This document shows positions 14,701-25,101 of a stretch of DNA of 64,000 nt, piece after piece. A model generated the notes under the pieces. The model ran no database searches. It was not told the DNA's origin and saw nothing but the letters and a program-made list of their open reading frames with translations. The stretch's first letter is position 1. Each line of letters begins with the position of its first letter. The position numbers and the translations under genes were made by a program. Source of the stretch: Chlorokybus atmophyticus. Its lineage: Eukaryota > Plantae > Mesostigma and Chlorokybus algae. The stretch is from positions 1,608,551 to 1,672,550 of the forward strand of contig RHPI01001037.1 of assembly GCA_009103225.1 (NCBI GenBank). Reading direction: 5' to 3'.

Positions 14701-14976
14701 CAGGCGATCGCTTCCTGCGTCGACTCCCCACAGAGCCTCCGCCTGACAAAGCTCGTCTCTCCCAGTTTGAGCCGCCGGTGCAGAAACAGCCAGCACTGCG
14801 GCGGCGGAGCGCCGTCGCTGCGTGTGCGCCGTAACTGACCGCTTCGGCGACGCCCGTCGCCTGGTGGACGCAGACCCCGGCAGCGATCCCCGCAACAAAG
14901 CAGGCACAGAATCCCTCACTGCCACCGCCGCCGCCGCCCCAGTCGCTGCCCCCATGGCCGCCGTGGCCACCGCCAT
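11742..14976 (-). CDS. Two-domain cupin (bicupin) protein with Ala/Ser/Arg-rich, transit-peptide-like N-terminus
   Basis: C-terminal domain: NRFALVFDP..PFTFAVE|IFEGGHRTPLHTHPGAHELFFIL, then GDAIVFPPKSLHGLDN and YTLELMLPNDEF. N-terminal paralogous domain: PFALALELWEHG..FELHYVLQ|GEG..GDSIVFPP. TAG at 11742-11744; start approximate. Confidence 0.8.
14448..14498. other. Intronic near-perfect hairpin (22-bp stem with one mismatch, 5-nt loop)
   Basis: catgtagttccgtcc-t-ttctgcc ttaac ggcagaa-c-ggacggaactacatg. Confidence 0.85.
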
Positions 14977-15508
14977 CGCCGCGGGCGACGTCTCCAATGC
15001 CTCGATGGAAAAGCGCAATTCAGTGCGTCAAGTGCACGCGCGCAATCTTTTGCGGCGTCGCGAGTGGGCGGGCGGCAGAAAGATGCTGTGTGCAGGCAGC
15101 ACGCAACACGCGACATGTTGCATGCTGCGTAGCAACGGCTTCCATATGGCTGTCCATTGTCCAATGAGTTGATGTGTTGAATAATGGCTCTACCTATGCA
15201 TCGATGTTACTGGTAGGTTGGCTTTGCTTCTCGTTTATAATTGCCCGACACCCTTTTACTACTACCAATGATGTTATTATTAACTGTTGATACAGAGCTT
15301 ATAAGGTTGTTCCAGCAGATAAAAGGAAATTTTTCATTTTTCTGTCAATGAGAAAAAATAAACCACTTTCGGTACTCGCCGCACCTCTATCGCACCCTCC
15401 ATCGCACCGCTTGTCGCGCCGCGGCGCCATCGATTCGACCATAGTGATATATGTCATTCTGTTATCTAGGCCATACTGCATTTATTGTATGTGCACGTTT
15501 AAACATAA

Positions 15509-15709
15509 CCGTAGAGACACGTACATTACAACCTACACTCACATGTGCAAATAATTTTGCATTTTAACCTTTAACCTTCGCTATAATGACCAACAAAGTC
15601 AATGAACTGCGTGGATATCACAGGTTACACGGCTCGTAATATCACTTTAAAATTACACCTTAAAGCAATTGATAACTATTTTTGAGCTGTAATGTACGTG
15701 TCTCTACGG
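15509..15709. mobile_element. MITE, 201 bp, 22-bp perfect TIRs, TAA TSD (Tourist/PIF-Harbinger-like)
   Basis: ccgtagagacacgtacattaca (15509-15530) and tgtaatgtacgtgtctctacgg (15688-15709); taa on both flanks; AT-rich interior. Confidence 0.8.
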
Positions 15710-15909
15710 TAAACAGAGGTAAAAATCAACGCTGCGCAATGAACTGTTTAGCCTCCATTTTGGTTACGAAGTATAAACTGCATATTGTGTCATTTATGAA
15801 AGATTTATCGAACGCATAACATTGTGATACTTGTCATGCATGTCGTGCAAGGAGTTCTCGACTGCGGGGTGTGTCTCGCAGTGGAAGTATGTACACGAAT
15901 GGGTACAAG

Positions 15910-16060
15910 TGTTAAAAACGAGTAAAGTTACCGTGCAGCTTGCTGGAGGCCAAGCAGGGGACACCGACGCTGTAATGTAGCAGCGTGCGCGGGGGACAGC
16001 GAGGAGGGAAAATAATTGTGCAGTCCCCTTAGCTTGATGGAAAGTGGTAATCACTTAACA
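15910..16060 (-). repeat. Putative 3' LTR of the Gypsy element (151 bp)
   Basis: Begins TGTTAA immediately after the PPT and ends TTAACA (inverted termini). No second copy found in the window. Confidence 0.6.
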
Positions 16061-16107
16061 ACCCACCCCCCCACCCCCTGGTCATCGGCGTCCTCGCGTT
16101 GAGCTTG

Positions 16108-16290
16108 GCACCGTTGACAATGCCATGGTGGTGCCGCGGAGGTGGTGGCAATATCCGGGCCAAATGCCATGGCAGGTGTGACACCGAGGCTGCATGCTAA
16201 GTGCCAGTATTCACAGTAGGTGTCACACTCTTGCAACGGCTCAACGATGGAGGCGCACCCCGCTCTTCTCATGATACAAACCTGCGCGCG
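16108..16290 (-). pseudogene. PHD-finger remnant at the C-terminus of Gypsy pol
   Basis: QVC...CDTYCEYWHLAC...WHCQRC fits C4HC3 spacing with the first Cys lost; preceded by NCFSCHLP. Confidence 0.7.
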
Positions 16291-16399
16291 AGATTTTCCC
16301 AGTCCTTCGACATACGGGAGATGACAGGAAAAACAATTCTCCACGAGGTCGGTCACGAGGGCGCCTGAGGGTCACGCAGCGACAGGGTGCTTGGAGCGC

Positions 16400-17390
16400 G
16401 CACCTGAGCCACCTTGCAAAACACGCTGTAGTTGGCTGGGTCCAGGGTGGTGGTTTGCTTCCTGCAGTAAACGTGGTCCCCCCGATGGAACCTGCAAGTT
16501 TGAGGCACGTAGCTGCCGCTGCGTATGTTTTCATAACGGCGCTTGTCCCTGCGCTGCGCGGCCTTGAGGTTGGCCAGAGCAGAGGGTACCGCGGTCCTGA
16601 GCAGGTTGGCGCGGGCCGTCAGCACTTCCATCACGTGGGTGGGTTTGATGATGATGTCTTCAACTGCTTCGGTAGCATGGCGGACGCGGAAGGGGAGCAG
16701 TGGTTCCCTTCCGGAAGTATGGGTTGAAGGAGCGCAGTGCTGCTTGCTGAGTGCAACGGTAGCCGAGGGCAAGCCAAGGCAGGAACTCATCCCATTCCTC
16801 CCGCGGATGGGTGACGCAATAAGGCTGAAGGGCCTTTTTGACTGTTTGCACCTTTTTTTTTTCAAGCCCGTCAGCTTGTGGATGATCACGGCTGGTGCGA
16901 CGGTGATTAATAAGTGAGCGGTTGAAAAGGACGTCAAATGCCCCCTGAAATTCGGTGCCCTAGTTGGTGAGATGTTCTGTGCAGGCGCCGAACCTGCTGA
17001 GTATATGATCAAGGAAGACTTGCATCACTGTTGTGGCCGACTTGTCGGGCAGGGGGATAAGCTCAACCCACTTGCTGAAGTGTTCAATAGCGACGAGAAC
17101 GTACACGTTGCCACGGCGTGTGGTGGGCAACTCACCTGCCAGGTCCATGCTTCAGCGGTCAACGCAGACCCACAATGGAGAGAGGGTGCAGCTGGGGGTG
17201 GCGGTTTGAGAAGCTTGCTCGTATACGATCACAGGAATTACATTGCCTAAGTACGTAAGCGACGTTGCGCGTGAGCCCGTCCCACCAGTAGTCGCTGCGC
17301 ACCATGGCAGTGCGCTTCATACCGAAGTGGCCTACCTGGTGATAGAGGTTGGCGATGATAGATGCCCGTCGATGCGGCTGGGGCACCTAC
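16400..17390 (-). pseudogene. Gypsy integrase (HHCC zinc finger + DDE core)
   Basis: HQVGHFG..YWWDGL..CNSC; MDLAGELP..YVLVAIEHFSKWVELIPL..FG..TN*GTEF. Confidence 0.9.
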
Positions 17391-17519
17391 TTGCGTTGAT
17401 CGTCGTTTATGACGCGCCAAAGGGTCGTTGTCCCAAGTGCAGTTTGCCCGATGCTGTGCGCGATCGATTCTTTAGAGGTAGGGCTTCTGTCTTCACCAAC
17501 TGCAGGAAGGGGGCATCTG

Positions 17520-19063
17520 TTCAGATGTCTCCCTCGGATGCAAGAGGTATAGTGGCACGGAGCACGGGGTTGCGTGCTTCTGCGCGTATGCTCGCTGACA
17601 CGATCAACATAGCGTGCTGGTGGGGAGTGTCGCCGTCATAGCGCGCGCCGATGGTGTCCACAGTGTCGGGGTTGGGGTTGCGACTCAGTCCGTCTGCATC
17701 GGTATTGATAATCCCAGGCTTGTGCATGATGGTGAAATGATACTCTTGCAGCAGCAAGGCGCAGCGAGTGTGCTTGCCAGTCAACTTGTTGCTAGTAAAG
17801 AGCCACTGAAGAGGCTGATGGTCTGTAATTAATTTAAGCTGGTAACCGAAGAGGAATGGCCGAAAGAACCGAATGGCCCAGACATCTACAAGTTGCTCCC
17901 CTTCGTAGCTGCTATAATTGGCTTCAGCAGCGTTATTGGTCCGGCTGGCGTAAGCGAACTTGTTCCTTGCACTCGTCGTTTTTTTGGGTATAGCACGGCG
18001 CCTACTAGGCTAGTAGCCCAAGCCGACTCCAATCTGTGTGAAGGATGAATGGCTTAATGTAGTCGGGGTGCACTGAAGGTGGCTCTTGAGCACCTCGAAC
18101 GCTTGCTACTAAGATTCACCCCAATGTCCGGTGATGGCCTTCTTTAGCAGGTCGTTGAGAGGCTTGACTATCTTCAGGAAGTTCCGTACGAACCCACGTA
18201 GTAGTTGGATAAACCAAGGAAGGCGCGTAGCCGCGAGATGTTGGCGAGAGGTGGCACCTCCAGTAACGTGTCCACCTTTGCTTGCTGCACCATCACACCG
18301 TTGGGGACGATGAGGTGGCCGAGGTACGGGATCTTGTCAGCGAAGAAGGTGTCACTTCTTAGGGTGTGCCGTGAGGTTGTGTTCCTTCAGTTGCTCCAGC
18401 ACCTCTTTGATGTGCTGCAGGTGGGCCTTTGCAATGTGGCTGAAAATAAGGATGTCATCATTATAGCACCTTGAATTGTCCAGCCCGCGCAGGGTTCGGT
18501 ATAACGCGTTGAAAGACAGCCGGTGCGTTTTCCAGCCCGAAAGACATAACCTTCCACTGGTAGAGAGTCCGGTTGCCCCAAAAGGTGGTCTTGCACTTGT
18601 GGTCGTCTTAGATGCCGATCCAATGAAAATATGATCGCATGTCGAGGATTGAAAAATACTTACAAGTGCCCACGATGTTGAAGTTTTTGTCTTGCGTGTG
18701 CATACGATAGCAGTCAAGAACCGTGTGAGTGTTGAGATTACGGCAATCCCCACACATGCGCTGTGTCCACTGCCCCTGCTCGTCCCTCTTCAGTGGCATG
18801 ACGGTGGCCGCGGCATACCGAGTGCTGGGAGCTTGCTCCTCGATAAAACCAGCATCCAACAGCCTCCTGCAATTAGTCTCAATGACCTCCATTTCCACCT
18901 TAGCCACGGGATGCTGCTTGCTAAAGATAGGCCCGGTAGTGTCCAGCTCTATGGTAAAGTCGTGGAAGTTACACTTGCCCAAGTCCGTAAGGGAGTGCGG
19001 GAACTGCGACTTGTGACCTTTCGAGAGGGTTTTTAGCCGATCCTCAATGTCTCTAGAGGCCAT
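17520..19063 (-). pseudogene. Gypsy reverse transcriptase + RNase H
   Basis: RMCGDCRNLN, KYFSILDMRSYFHWI, YNDDILIFS (YxDD); RNase H FILHTDWS, YASR, NYSSYEGE, TDHQPL, LLQEYHFTIMHKPG..ADGLSR. Confidence 0.92.
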
Positions 19064-19249
19064 ACAACCGATCCTCCACCCTTCTTGCTATGGCTCGTCC
19101 GTTTGAGGGATGTCCAACGCTTCCTCAAGAGTTTCAAGATCGCTGTCGTCAACAGCCATTGAGACGATTACATTCCTGATTACTGCGAGATCTTCCCCCC
19201 CAGCGGATGGCGTGGGGCGGAGACCTGGCCATTAGCTGTGTTGCAGGGC

Positions 19250-20230
19250 CAAGCACGTTCTCAGAAGCCAAACCATGCTATTTTTATCTATTGCACGGCC
19301 CAGCAGAGCGCGATAATCGCGCTCCGCGAGCTTGGGTGCCTGTGAGACGACTCCGGGCCAAAAGCCCATGGCCAACTCGCGCTCAATGACGAGTGGCTTT
19401 GGAAGGCAGGCGCAGGTTGTCATCCCACACCATGCTAATATTGCCGTTGCAGAAGGAGTAAAAGCCAGGAAAGGTCACAAGGGCGGGCAAGGCATTCATA
19501 GGCTGACCCACCTTGTTGCTATAGTGGAGTGTTTGTTGTCCGGCTTGAGCACTGATTGCGGGGTAGTCACTAGGCACGGTGCCAGCAGCCAGGATATCGG
19601 TGACCAGGAGACCTAGAGGACGCGTGTAAAAGGGCTGCGCAGCGACCACGTTCTGTGCGTTGGCGAGGTTGGTCCACTTGCTGCGCGGTGCGCACGTGAG
19701 CCGCGTGCGGCTGCGTCAACGACCACTGAGTTGTCAATAACTGTACAAATGCGCTCGTAGTCAGCACGAACATTGGCGCGGTGGTCATCCTTTGCACGTA
19801 CATTCTCCAGTATGTATGCGGGCGGTCCGTCAAGTTGTTGTTGCTAAAGCGTGCGTATGACGCGCATCAACTCGCAAAACAGCTGCGATGGTGGGTCCTA
19901 AACTTTAGGACCTTGAAGGCCGAAACCTTTGCCGGCACGAGAATGCCCTTAACATTCCCACCCAGCAACAATAATGCTTACTCCACCTAGTGCTTTTAGG
20001 TGTTCCCCTGTGACAAGCTGAATGTCTTGAGGCAATGCGCGCAGATTGTCGGCAAGTACGGACGGCCTCATTAGCGGGTATCATTTGCGCAGGTGCGCGA
20101 GGTGATGAGACACCGCTGTTTATGCTTGTTGGCTGCAATTACAATTGACTACTTGCTAACTGGTAGGCCGACATTAAGGATGGCTGCCAAGCCGCTGCCG
20201 CCGCCGCCGAAAAGCTCCAGATAGTGGAGG
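19250..20230 (-). pseudogene. C5 cytosine DNA methyltransferase domain embedded in Gypsy pol
   Basis: Motifs in canonical order: I LELFGGGGSGL (20196-20220), LPQDI, IV IIVAGWEC*GHSRAG (Cys codon 19952-19954), V SQLFCELMRVI, VI YILENV (ENV at 19799-19807), VIII DAAARGSRAHR..WTNL (~19680-19720), IX/X ERELAMGF..RALLGRAID (~19290-19385). Stops and frameshifts present. Confidence 0.9.
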
Positions 20231-20759
20231 CCTTTATGACGACGTTGCGGCGACAGGTGAATAGTGGATAGCTCCAGTGTGCAAAGGGGGTCGTTGGTGT
20301 TGGGTGGCAGTGTCAGCGGTGTAGTTGCCACGCGTGTTGCCACGGTGTGTGCGTATTGCCGGTGAAGGTCGGGTTCTTGTTTTACAATTTCGCGTGGACG
20401 GGTAACCAATGCAGGCAGTGTTTTACCACGTACTCTCGGGTGGGTTGCTAGTTGCATGCGCAGCAGTTCCAACTCCTGTTGCACTGGAATGCCCCCCCCC
20501 CCCCCTTCCTCCAAGGGCGAGCGCACGGATGCCATCACAATGTGAAAAATAACTATCTACCCTATCCCCCCCCCACCCCACACACACACAAAAAAAAAAA
20601 ACGCAGCACTGACCAATGGGTGCGAACAACAGCGCGTACCCTCAAGCCTTAAGGTGTATGTCAAGACTTGAGGTGTGCTATAATCCTCCTTGGGAACGTG
20701 TGGGTGGTGTCGCAAGGGAGTAGTGATGTAAGGAACAACGCCGGCGGTGAGGGGATACT

Positions 20760-21140
20760 GGTATGAAGTGCGAAGGCGCAGAGGGATAGCAGCAGGGGTG
20801 CCATCGCCCTGGCGCCAGCGTAGTTGAAAAATGGCATGTTCTGTCCATGTGTTGTTGGCTGCTCCGATGGGGAACATTGCCTCCATGCCGATGACGACAT
20901 CAAATAACACTGAGTTGCAGATGAGACGGAAGACGCTCAGAACGGTAGTCTCGTCCTGAAGGTAGCTAGTAAAACGGAGGTATGCATTGGCGGGTTTCAC
21001 CTCGGGTTTTTAAGTGCGCCCTGAGCGGATCTCGTGTGATGCCTCGTTGAGATCCTGGTCGTTGATGCCCAAGCGTTCTGCAGCACGTCTTTTAAGGATG
21101 ACGGGGTGCGCGCCAATGTTAAACAAGACGTGACGTGGAG
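20760..21140 (-). pseudogene. Retroviral-type aspartic protease remnant
   Basis: HVLFNIGAHPVIL (decayed D-T-G-A, ~21110-21130) and downstream FDVVIGME flap-like motif. Confidence 0.7.
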
Positions 21141-22682
21141 CTCAAGGGTGGTTGGCAAAGGTGACGTGGCGTCGTTCGTTGTTGCCCACGCCAATGTTGG
21201 GCCGATACTCAAGCCTGTTCAGTGTGCGGGGTGGCCCCTAAAGGTTCGGTGGCAAATGGAATGGAAGGGCATGCCATCCCAATTGGTGTCAGCAACATTT
21301 TCTCCAGCAGTGCAATTGACACTGTCCGTGAGCCGCCCTCTCCGCCGGGAGATGGTGGTGAACTTGGTGCACGGGTCGAGGCGCTGGGCTGACTGGGCCC
21401 AGGCTTCGGTGGGTGGGATGTACAGGGTGGCGGCTATTGCCAATTGGAGTGCTTCCGCGGTGATAGCGCGCTCCCAATGGTGCGTGCGACGATCTTCGTA
21501 CATGGTTACTATCAGGATGATCGCATACATTCGGCTGCTGCCCAAGATGGCAGCAGCCTAATGTAGGCGATCATGAGAGCATTTAGCGTTGGAGAGGGGG
21601 GTGGGGTATATGCTGTCTTGCAGTGTATCCGTTGGTGGCCCCGTGTCTTTGAGAAGCTGTCCCTCCACCAGTTGGCAAAGGTCTCTTGTCTCTTCATCAT
21701 CCACATAGTGCTGCGTGGCTCTGGGAAGCTGCTGGTCATTAGTCATCGGGCATTCGTTCTCCTAATGGAAGAGCCGATACTCATCCGACAAATGTTGCTC
21801 AGTGGCAGTAGTTCGCTGGTAGGCCATCATGGTGGGAGGTAAGGACTACCAATAATTTGCGGCCCGGGTGAGTAGGAGTGGCATCCGGACAGTGACAAGA
21901 TCTTTGATCCATGCTTCGGGGCTAACGAACAGCCGTGGATCTATTGAGTGGCTGCGGTTGGCTAGCCAAAGCATGAGGCTCCTCGGGTCATTATCGGGGA
22001 TGCCGCTGCCTAGTGGTGCCAAGCTAATTTAGGGTCCCTCCTGGCGAGCCAGTTGCTCTTGAAGAGTTTGCAGACGGGAACGTACATTGATGAGATGCTG
22101 TCTAATCTACACGGGAGTTGTACTCCAGAATGGGCGGGGCAGAGAGGCAGATGCGAGTTGCCTCGAACGCCTTTCCTAGTCGAGACGGTGTGGGCTGGGG
22201 TTGCTTAACCCTATGCGTGGGTATCCCATGCGAAGAGTGAGCGTACTAAGCAGGGTGTCTTGGTGAGTGCGCTCCTGCGTGTCGCGGGAATGCGTGTCGC
22301 GGGAATTGGCGCCCTGGAGCAACTAGGTTTAATGAAACAGCCAGAGCTCACGCCGGATGCGACGCTCTTGCTGTGCCCAGGCGGTTGATGCTGCAGCGGT
22401 GGTTGGCTGCGGCAGTGGCGCCATGTTGCCTGTGATGCTCACCACGGGCGGCTAGAAAGAGGGCCTGGTGAAAGTCCTCTTCGTGAGGGGTAACTTCGCC
22501 CCAGTAGGTAAATATGTCATGTTAATCTGCTGCCGGCGTGCGGTATCCACAATGTGCGTCGGGGTGGCCTGCTGAGGACCTGGTGGGCGAGCACCCTCGT
22601 GTGCAAAGCCAGGCTCGAGCACAGCTAACCACGACGTTTTGCAAAGAAACGCTCGGGAAGGGGGGGGGGGGGGGGGGGGGGG

Positions 22683-23296
22683 NNNNNNNNNNNNNNNNNN
22701 NNNNNNNNNNNNNNNNNNNNNNNNNNNNNNNNNNNNNNNNNNNNNNNNNNNNNNNNNNNNNNNNNNNNNNNNNNNNNNNNNNNNNNNNNNNNNNNNNNNN
22801 NNNNNNNNNNNNNNNNNNNNNNNNNNNNNNNNNNNNNNNNNNNNNNNNNNNNNNNNNNNNNNNNNNNNNNNNNNNNNNNNNNNNNNNNNNNNNNNNNNNN
22901 NNNNNNNNNNNNNNNNNNNNNNNNNNNNNNNNNNNNNNNNNNNNNNNNNNNNNNNNNNNNNNNNNNNNNNNNNNNNNNNNNNNNNNNNNNNNNNNNNNNN
23001 NNNNNNNNNNNNNNNNNNNNNNNNNNNNNNNNNNNNNNNNNNNNNNNNNNNNNNNNNNNNNNNNNNNNNNNNNNNNNNNNNNNNNNNNNNNNNNNNNNNN
23101 NNNNNNNNNNNNNNNNNNNNNNNNNNNNNNNNNNNNNNNNNNNNNNNNNNNNNNNNNNNNNNNNNNNNNNNNNNNNNNNNNNNNNNNNNNNNNNNNNNNN
23201 NNNNNNNNNNNNNNNNNNNNNNNNNNNNNNNNNNNNNNNNNNNNNNNNNNNNNNNNNNNNNNNNNNNNNNNNNNNNNNNNNNNNNNNNNNNNNNNN
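22683..23296. other. Assembly gap flanked by poly-G
   Basis: Run of N. Confidence 1.
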
Positions 23297-24567
23297 GGGG
23301 GATGCTGTCTTGCAGCTGAGTCAAGCGATGCAGCCGAATGCAGGCACGTGATTGGATGCGCTCGCATACATAGCATAAAGGGTGCACTTCGCCGCTGTGG
23401 ACGGCCCGCAATAAGGACTCGAGGTGCTACATCTGCTGAACATATGCGCCAAGCTCAGCGGCGTTAGAGGGCATGTCACCAACTACTTGCTGAAGCAACG
23501 TAGCGTTCGCAGGCAGAGGGAGGTTGGCAACCACTGGCGCGGGCCGAGGTGGCGATGGCGGAAGCAGTGCGTCAGGATGGTGTGCGGCTGCTCGTGCCTG
23601 GGCGCTGGGCTAAGGATCTTCTTCCAACAGTGGGGCAGCAAAGTCCATGCTCAGTTGAAGAGCCAGGGGTTGGCCATTCATGAGGTCGTAGGCCACCATA
23701 CCATGGTTGGCCATGGTGATAAGCCACCATTGTGTTGACTAGAGATGCTGCATGCAACCATGCACAACAAGCATACACAGCACAGTGGTAAGAGCAGAGC
23801 TACACCGCCAACAAAGTGACTAGAGAACTAATTCAATGACACGCGGCCTGTCGGCTCTGGGCCCTCAGTCTGAGTCCTACTAAAGAGCAGACCAGACTGT
23901 ACCAGTCCTAACTGCCTGCAGTCTATACATACAACTGCGGTCTATGAGTAGCTTATCAAGTACCAGCGTAATAAGCTACAATAGGGCTAGCTAAGCTGAC
24001 TGGACAATAGCACATAAGTGTCACATGCTATACATGTAGAGAACACTGCATAACATGCTATATTCTTCACACTCCCACGCAGGCAGCTTGGCCAGCTCTG
24101 AATCTTCAAAACTTGGTCTTCTTTGTCTTCATCTTCACTGTCCCGATGCCCAGTCCTTCACAGCATGCCTTGAACTTCTTCACAGGCAGTGCCTTCGTCA
24201 TGAAGTCAGCCAGCATCTCCTCAGTGCCACAGAAAACAAACTCAATCTCTTTCCTCGCCACTTTGTCTCTCACAAAATGATGGTGCATATCAATGTGCTT
24301 GCTCCTCGCCAAGAGAATGGGATTCTTCAGTAGCTTCACTGCTCCTTGGTTGTCACAGCGCATCTCTATGCTTCCACATGGATGACCAAGGTTTCCTAGC
24401 AATTTCTTAAGCCACAATGCCTCCTTCGTCGCTGCTGTAGAGGTCATGTACTCGACTTCTGTAGTGGAAGCTGCCATTGTCGGTTGCAGCTTGCTGTTCC
24501 AGCTAACCACTCCACCATCCAGCTTGAATACATATCCAGTGGTTGACCTTTTAGAATCTAGGTCACC

Positions 24568-25101
24568 TGTCACAGCCCACTCGACCACAAAAGACTTGGT
24601 GCTTTTATGGTCGATTTGTGGTACTTTAATGTACCTTCCCGTTACATTCGCCCCCACTTAAGAACGCTGACGTCCTCGGCAGCTGGCGCCCATCAGCTGG
24701 GGAATCTTCCCAGGGGTCTGATTTTAGGGTCGGTCACCGGCCCCACCATCCAAGGACCGGCCAATTTAGGCCCATACCGGTCAGCGCGCGCATAGCGCGC
24801 CGCTGCCGGCCCCACAGGTCGCGTCACCGCAATAGGCAGGTCGCGCCCTGCCGCGCCAACTGAACTGGTCAGTTCGGCGCGACTGCCATTAGGCAAGTCG
24901 CGACCCATCGATGATGGCACTCATAAAGTGACCATTTACGATGTTATTGGATCAAGAAACAACGACCGCGGAATTCGTGTGCAAGGCAGGAATCGAACCC
25001 AGGTCTCAAGCTCCGATACCAATGTCACAGCCCACTCGACCACAAAAGACTTGGTACTTTTATGGTCGATTTGTGGTTATATAATGTACCTTCCCGTTAC
25101 A
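24568..25101 (-). mobile_element. TRIM (miniature LTR retrotransposon), 534 bp, inserted in Copia RNase H
   Basis: 79-bp LTRs 24568-24646 and 25023-25101 (TG..CA, 4 differences); TSD tcacc at 24563-24567 and 25102-25106; PBS TGGTATCGGAGC (25010-25021, tRNA-iMet type); PPT AAGTGGGGGCGAA; no convincing protein ORF. Confidence 0.95.

Larger units (their letters stand above)
15910..22660 (-). mobile_element. Decayed Ty3/Gypsy LTR retrotransposon carrying a DNA methyltransferase and a PHD finger (5' end unresolved)
   Basis: Minus-strand domain order PR-DNMT-RT-RNaseH-INT-PHD, then a PPT (GGGGGTGGGGGGTGGG, 16062-16078) abutting a TG-starting LTR. Many stops and frameshifts; 5' LTR not seen (N gap at 22683). 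Confidence 0.9.

Noticed and set aside
787-14976. Metabolic gene cluster (serine racemase + cupin)
   Set aside because: Separated by an unrelated structural gene, with no pathway link evident.
22659-22682. Poly-G/poly-C runs (also 42887-42960 and 60193-60214) as G-quadruplex elements
   Set aside because: They abut Ns and are probably sequencing or assembly artefacts of uncertain length.
22452-23467. Long ORFs in the supplied track spanning N runs or microsatellites (also ~34.7, 44.8, 54.3, 60.2 and 62.3 kb)
   Set aside because: Artefacts of gaps and stop-free simple repeats.
24650-24990. Hammerhead ribozyme (retrozyme) in the TRIM
   Set aside because: Only CTGATGG and CTGACGT are present; no CUGANGA plus GAAA core with the required stems on either strand.
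24980-25050. Intact tRNA gene at the TRIM LTR/PBS junction
   Set aside because: A and B boxes are present but the anticodon and acceptor stems do not pair, so it is reported only as a promoter-like arrangement.
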